Shown here: piece after piece, positions 61,301 to 64,000 of the stretch | Layout of the letters: every line of letters begins with the position of its first letter | Position numbering within the stretch: the stretch's first letter is position 1 | The notes under the pieces: generated by a model | What the model was told of the DNA's origin: nothing | Databases searched by the model: none | What the model saw: only the letters and a program-made list of their open reading frames with translations | Program-made: the position numbers and the translations under genes | Source of the DNA: Octopus sinensis | Taxonomy: Eukaryota | Assembly: GCF_006345805.1 (NCBI RefSeq) | Contig: NC_043011.1 | Coordinates: 9,982,001-10,046,000, forward strand | DNA: 64,000 bases | Direction of reading: 5' to 3'

Positions 61301-62180
61301 GGACATCCCAAACATACATATTGGAGACCACAGATTACAAGAGGTGGAAAAGTTTACCTATCTTGGCTCTACCGTCACCTGCAACCTATCCCTTGACGCT
61401 GAGCTCAATATACGCATTGGCAAGGCAGCTGCTGTGATGGCCCAACTCTCCAAACGGGCATGGGACAACAATAAGCTGACCAAGACCACAAAAATGAAGA
61501 TCTACCAGGCATGGGTACTTAGCACTCTACTGTATGGAAGTGAGACTTGAACGCTATACACACGCCAAGAGCGTCGCCTAAACATCTTTCACCTGCGCTG
61601 CCTCCGAAAAATCCTCTGCATCAAATGGCAGAATCATATCCCCAACAAAGATGTCCTCAGGCAAGCAGGAATACCAAGCATGTTTGCACTCCTCACACAA
61701 AGATGTATGAGATGGCTTGGATATGTTAGCCGTATGGAAGATGGCAGAATCCCTAAGGACATACTCTACGGAGAGCTTGCTAGGGGCACTAGGTCTGTGG
61801 GAAGACTGTTCTTACGATACAAGGATGTTTGCAAAAGGGACATGAATGCCTGCTACATCAATATTTCCAATTGGGAAGCAGTTAGTTGCCAGCAACTGTA
61901 GAGATTGGCGACGTACCATAAAAGAGGGAACACAAAGGAGTGACATAGAGGGAGAGGAGAAATGGAAAGACAAGAAAAGACGTCAACAAGAAAGTATGAC
62001 ATTACAACCAGCCAGGAACAGTCTTCGCTACATTTGCGGTACCTGCCAGAGGGAGTGTTTGTCCAGGATAGGACTACACAGTCACAGCAGGAAATGTATC
62101 AGGACATGAAATGTAAAAGCCGGACTAGACTACTTTATGTGCAACTCCATTGTCTTCCGAGACAAAAAGGATGCCAACAA
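58310..62180 (+). mobile_element. Near full-length RTE LINE family 2 (BovB/RTE-1-like), inactivated
   Basis: APE QLASWNVRT..LQETRL..LLGDFNAR (58954-59643); RT ORF 59853..61550 with QCGFR, KQGCVLAPTLF and FADD; C-terminal CGTCQRECLSRIGLHSHSRKC (62035-62097); 3' end ccattgtcttccgagac...ggatgccaacaa. Has frameshifts and a stop at 61548-61550 (GSET*). The 5' boundary is approximate. Confidence 0.93.
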
Positions 62181-62878
62181 TAGAAACCTGTCTGAAGGGA
62201 ATTTCACCAACTAAAAATAGCAGCCAAACATTCCTTTTATCACATCCTACCATTAGTGCTATTTTAAGGCATGGACACATTAGGCAGTTGCCCAGGGAAT
62301 CAACAAGTTTAGGGGCTGAAAAGATCAAGGAGCCCAACAAGTCTAGGGACCTAATTCTGGTCTATCTATGTTGTGGTTTACTGTTAACAAATAAGTAGCA
62401 CAGGAAACAGAGCAATGATTTATCCCGGGGCCTAGGATACTGCTAAGATGGCCCCACGCTTACTATTTTAAATACAAACCACATAAGACAGTGTACTCTT
62501 TAGATACCTCTAAGAAATTGGGGTGGCTATAGTTGGAATGTCTTTGATTAGGACCGACTTGGAGCTCTTCAGTCACTAATAGATATTACTGATGAGATAA
62601 TGTCCCTTCGGCTCGTTACACATCCTCGTTAGAACTTAATCATTTACATTTACAAAGAAATTATCAAACTTCAACTATGTTGACTGAGTTGAAATGTCAA
62701 ATATTTTGGTCAACATTAATTATTCTTAGATATTTCTCATTGAATGGCTCCATACCACTAAACTTTGGTTCCATATTTTATAGTGACAGGACAGATAGGG
62801 TAAAAAAATCATTAAAGTTTAGAGAAGAGAGGAAAAAATGTTTAATGTAACAGATGTAATATCAGTTTTATATATATA

Positions 62879-63266
62879 CTAGCAGTATCGCCCGGCGTTG
62901 CTCAGGTTTGTAAGGGAAATAACTATAAAGCATTTTTAGAGAGTTATAGCCAAAAAATAGCAAAAAAATGGAAAAAAAATGATGGTAAATTTTTTTTTTG
63001 AGAGTAATAAAAGGTTGAGTTGCGTCCCCTAGACAGTCTGTGGTTTGTTTTTTTTTATTCTCGACCCCATGTCGAATTTATCGATTTTTTTCAGAACTGG
63101 GGGAACTTTTCAAAATTTTCGCTGCGTTAGTTTTGAATTATGACATTGGGCTATGTGTGTGTCAAGTTTCATCAGAATCGGTTGAAAGCCGTGGTCAGGG
63201 TGAGGGTACGAGAAAACAGACACACAGAAACACGCACAGACAAACTGCCGTTTATATAGAGAGAGA
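62879..63266 (-). mobile_element. Non-autonomous Helitron (388 bp)
   Basis: Minus strand: A|TCTCTCTCTATATAAA...CCTGAGCAACGCCGGGCGATACTGCTAG|T; same termini as 30176-30567. Confidence 0.85.
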
Positions 63267-64000
63267 TATATATATATAAAAGCATGTATGTGTGTATGAT
63301 TTGCTTTTCTATATGACTTAATATTTTACAGTAGAGACATTGACAAAAGTGAGACTAACATAGAAAAAACTGCCATTTGTGAGCTTTTTGAGTTAATCAT
63401 GTCAACAGAAATTAGAGATTTAAAAAAAATCTCTTATGAAAGATATAAGAAAGCTGTTAAAAAACTCAAACTAAAGTCTTTTAAAAAGACCAATATATCA
63501 TATATATATATGTGATTGAAGGCAGTGCAAGAGATTGTGTCATGTCTTTATAAAGGCAAACACAAAACATTAGAAAATTTTAAATATTAAATTTTATGAA
63601 ATAATTTTTTTTTTGTAAAATATTTGCATCGGAAAAAAAATGATTTCTTTTTTTTATTTCAATTTATTTCATCCAGTTTTTTTCACTGTATGTTCTAGAA
63701 TGAAATAGTTGCCTAACAATTTTGTTTGTTATTCTGGTTGACAAAACTCTGAGAAGTATCATGCCATCATAAATGGGGGAATAGTTTTCTCTGTTTCAAT
63801 TCTACCCCCCCACAAATGTCCATTTTATGGCCTGGCAACATCACAGCTATCAGTTTCTCCTTTAGCCCTTTGGCATTTCAACCAACCATATCTGTGGCCC
63901 AAATATTCCACCTGTTTTACATTGAAAATGGCCAGGTCTGGCCTCTCACACCTACCCTACTATGTCCTTCTAAAAATAAACAATCACATCATCAAAACCT

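Overview
Eukaryotic, AT-rich, microsatellite-dense DNA. The repeat landscape is most consistent with a coleoid cephalopod (Octopus-like); this is inference, as no search was run. One host gene crosses the window on the minus strand: CASK (LIN-2/CAKI family MAGUK). Six phase-compatible GT-AG coding exons (44820-44932, 32375-32480, 31048-31125, 29845-30020, 18206-18381, 10524-10646; 772 nt) splice into most of the N-terminal CaMK-like domain. It keeps the CASK-specific GFG (for DFG) and HRDLKPHC motifs. The first coding exon and the exon after the kinase core were not found and probably lie outside the window. The remainder is intron filled with decayed mobile DNA: an RTE LINE family with a PHD-type zinc finger inside its RT region (one near-full copy plus many 3' fragments), a second BovB-like RTE, R4/Dong-like and CR1-like remnants, Tc1, mariner and DD37D transposon remnants, a MITE, two non-autonomous Helitrons, and several tRNA-derived SINE families (A, B and D are my own labels). 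The most unexpected signals are: (1) up to five Penelope-type minimal type I hammerhead ribozyme motifs, one inside a tRNA-headed SINE and one nearly perfect in the CASK sense strand; (2) a strong splice acceptor at the 5' end of the near-full RTE, 929 nt downstream of a CASK donor, with a stop/start (ATGA) overlap; (3) long fold-back structures that could be ADAR substrates; (4) an apparent gene-conversion tract between two LINE copies. No prokaryotic-type system (CRISPR, operon) is present.
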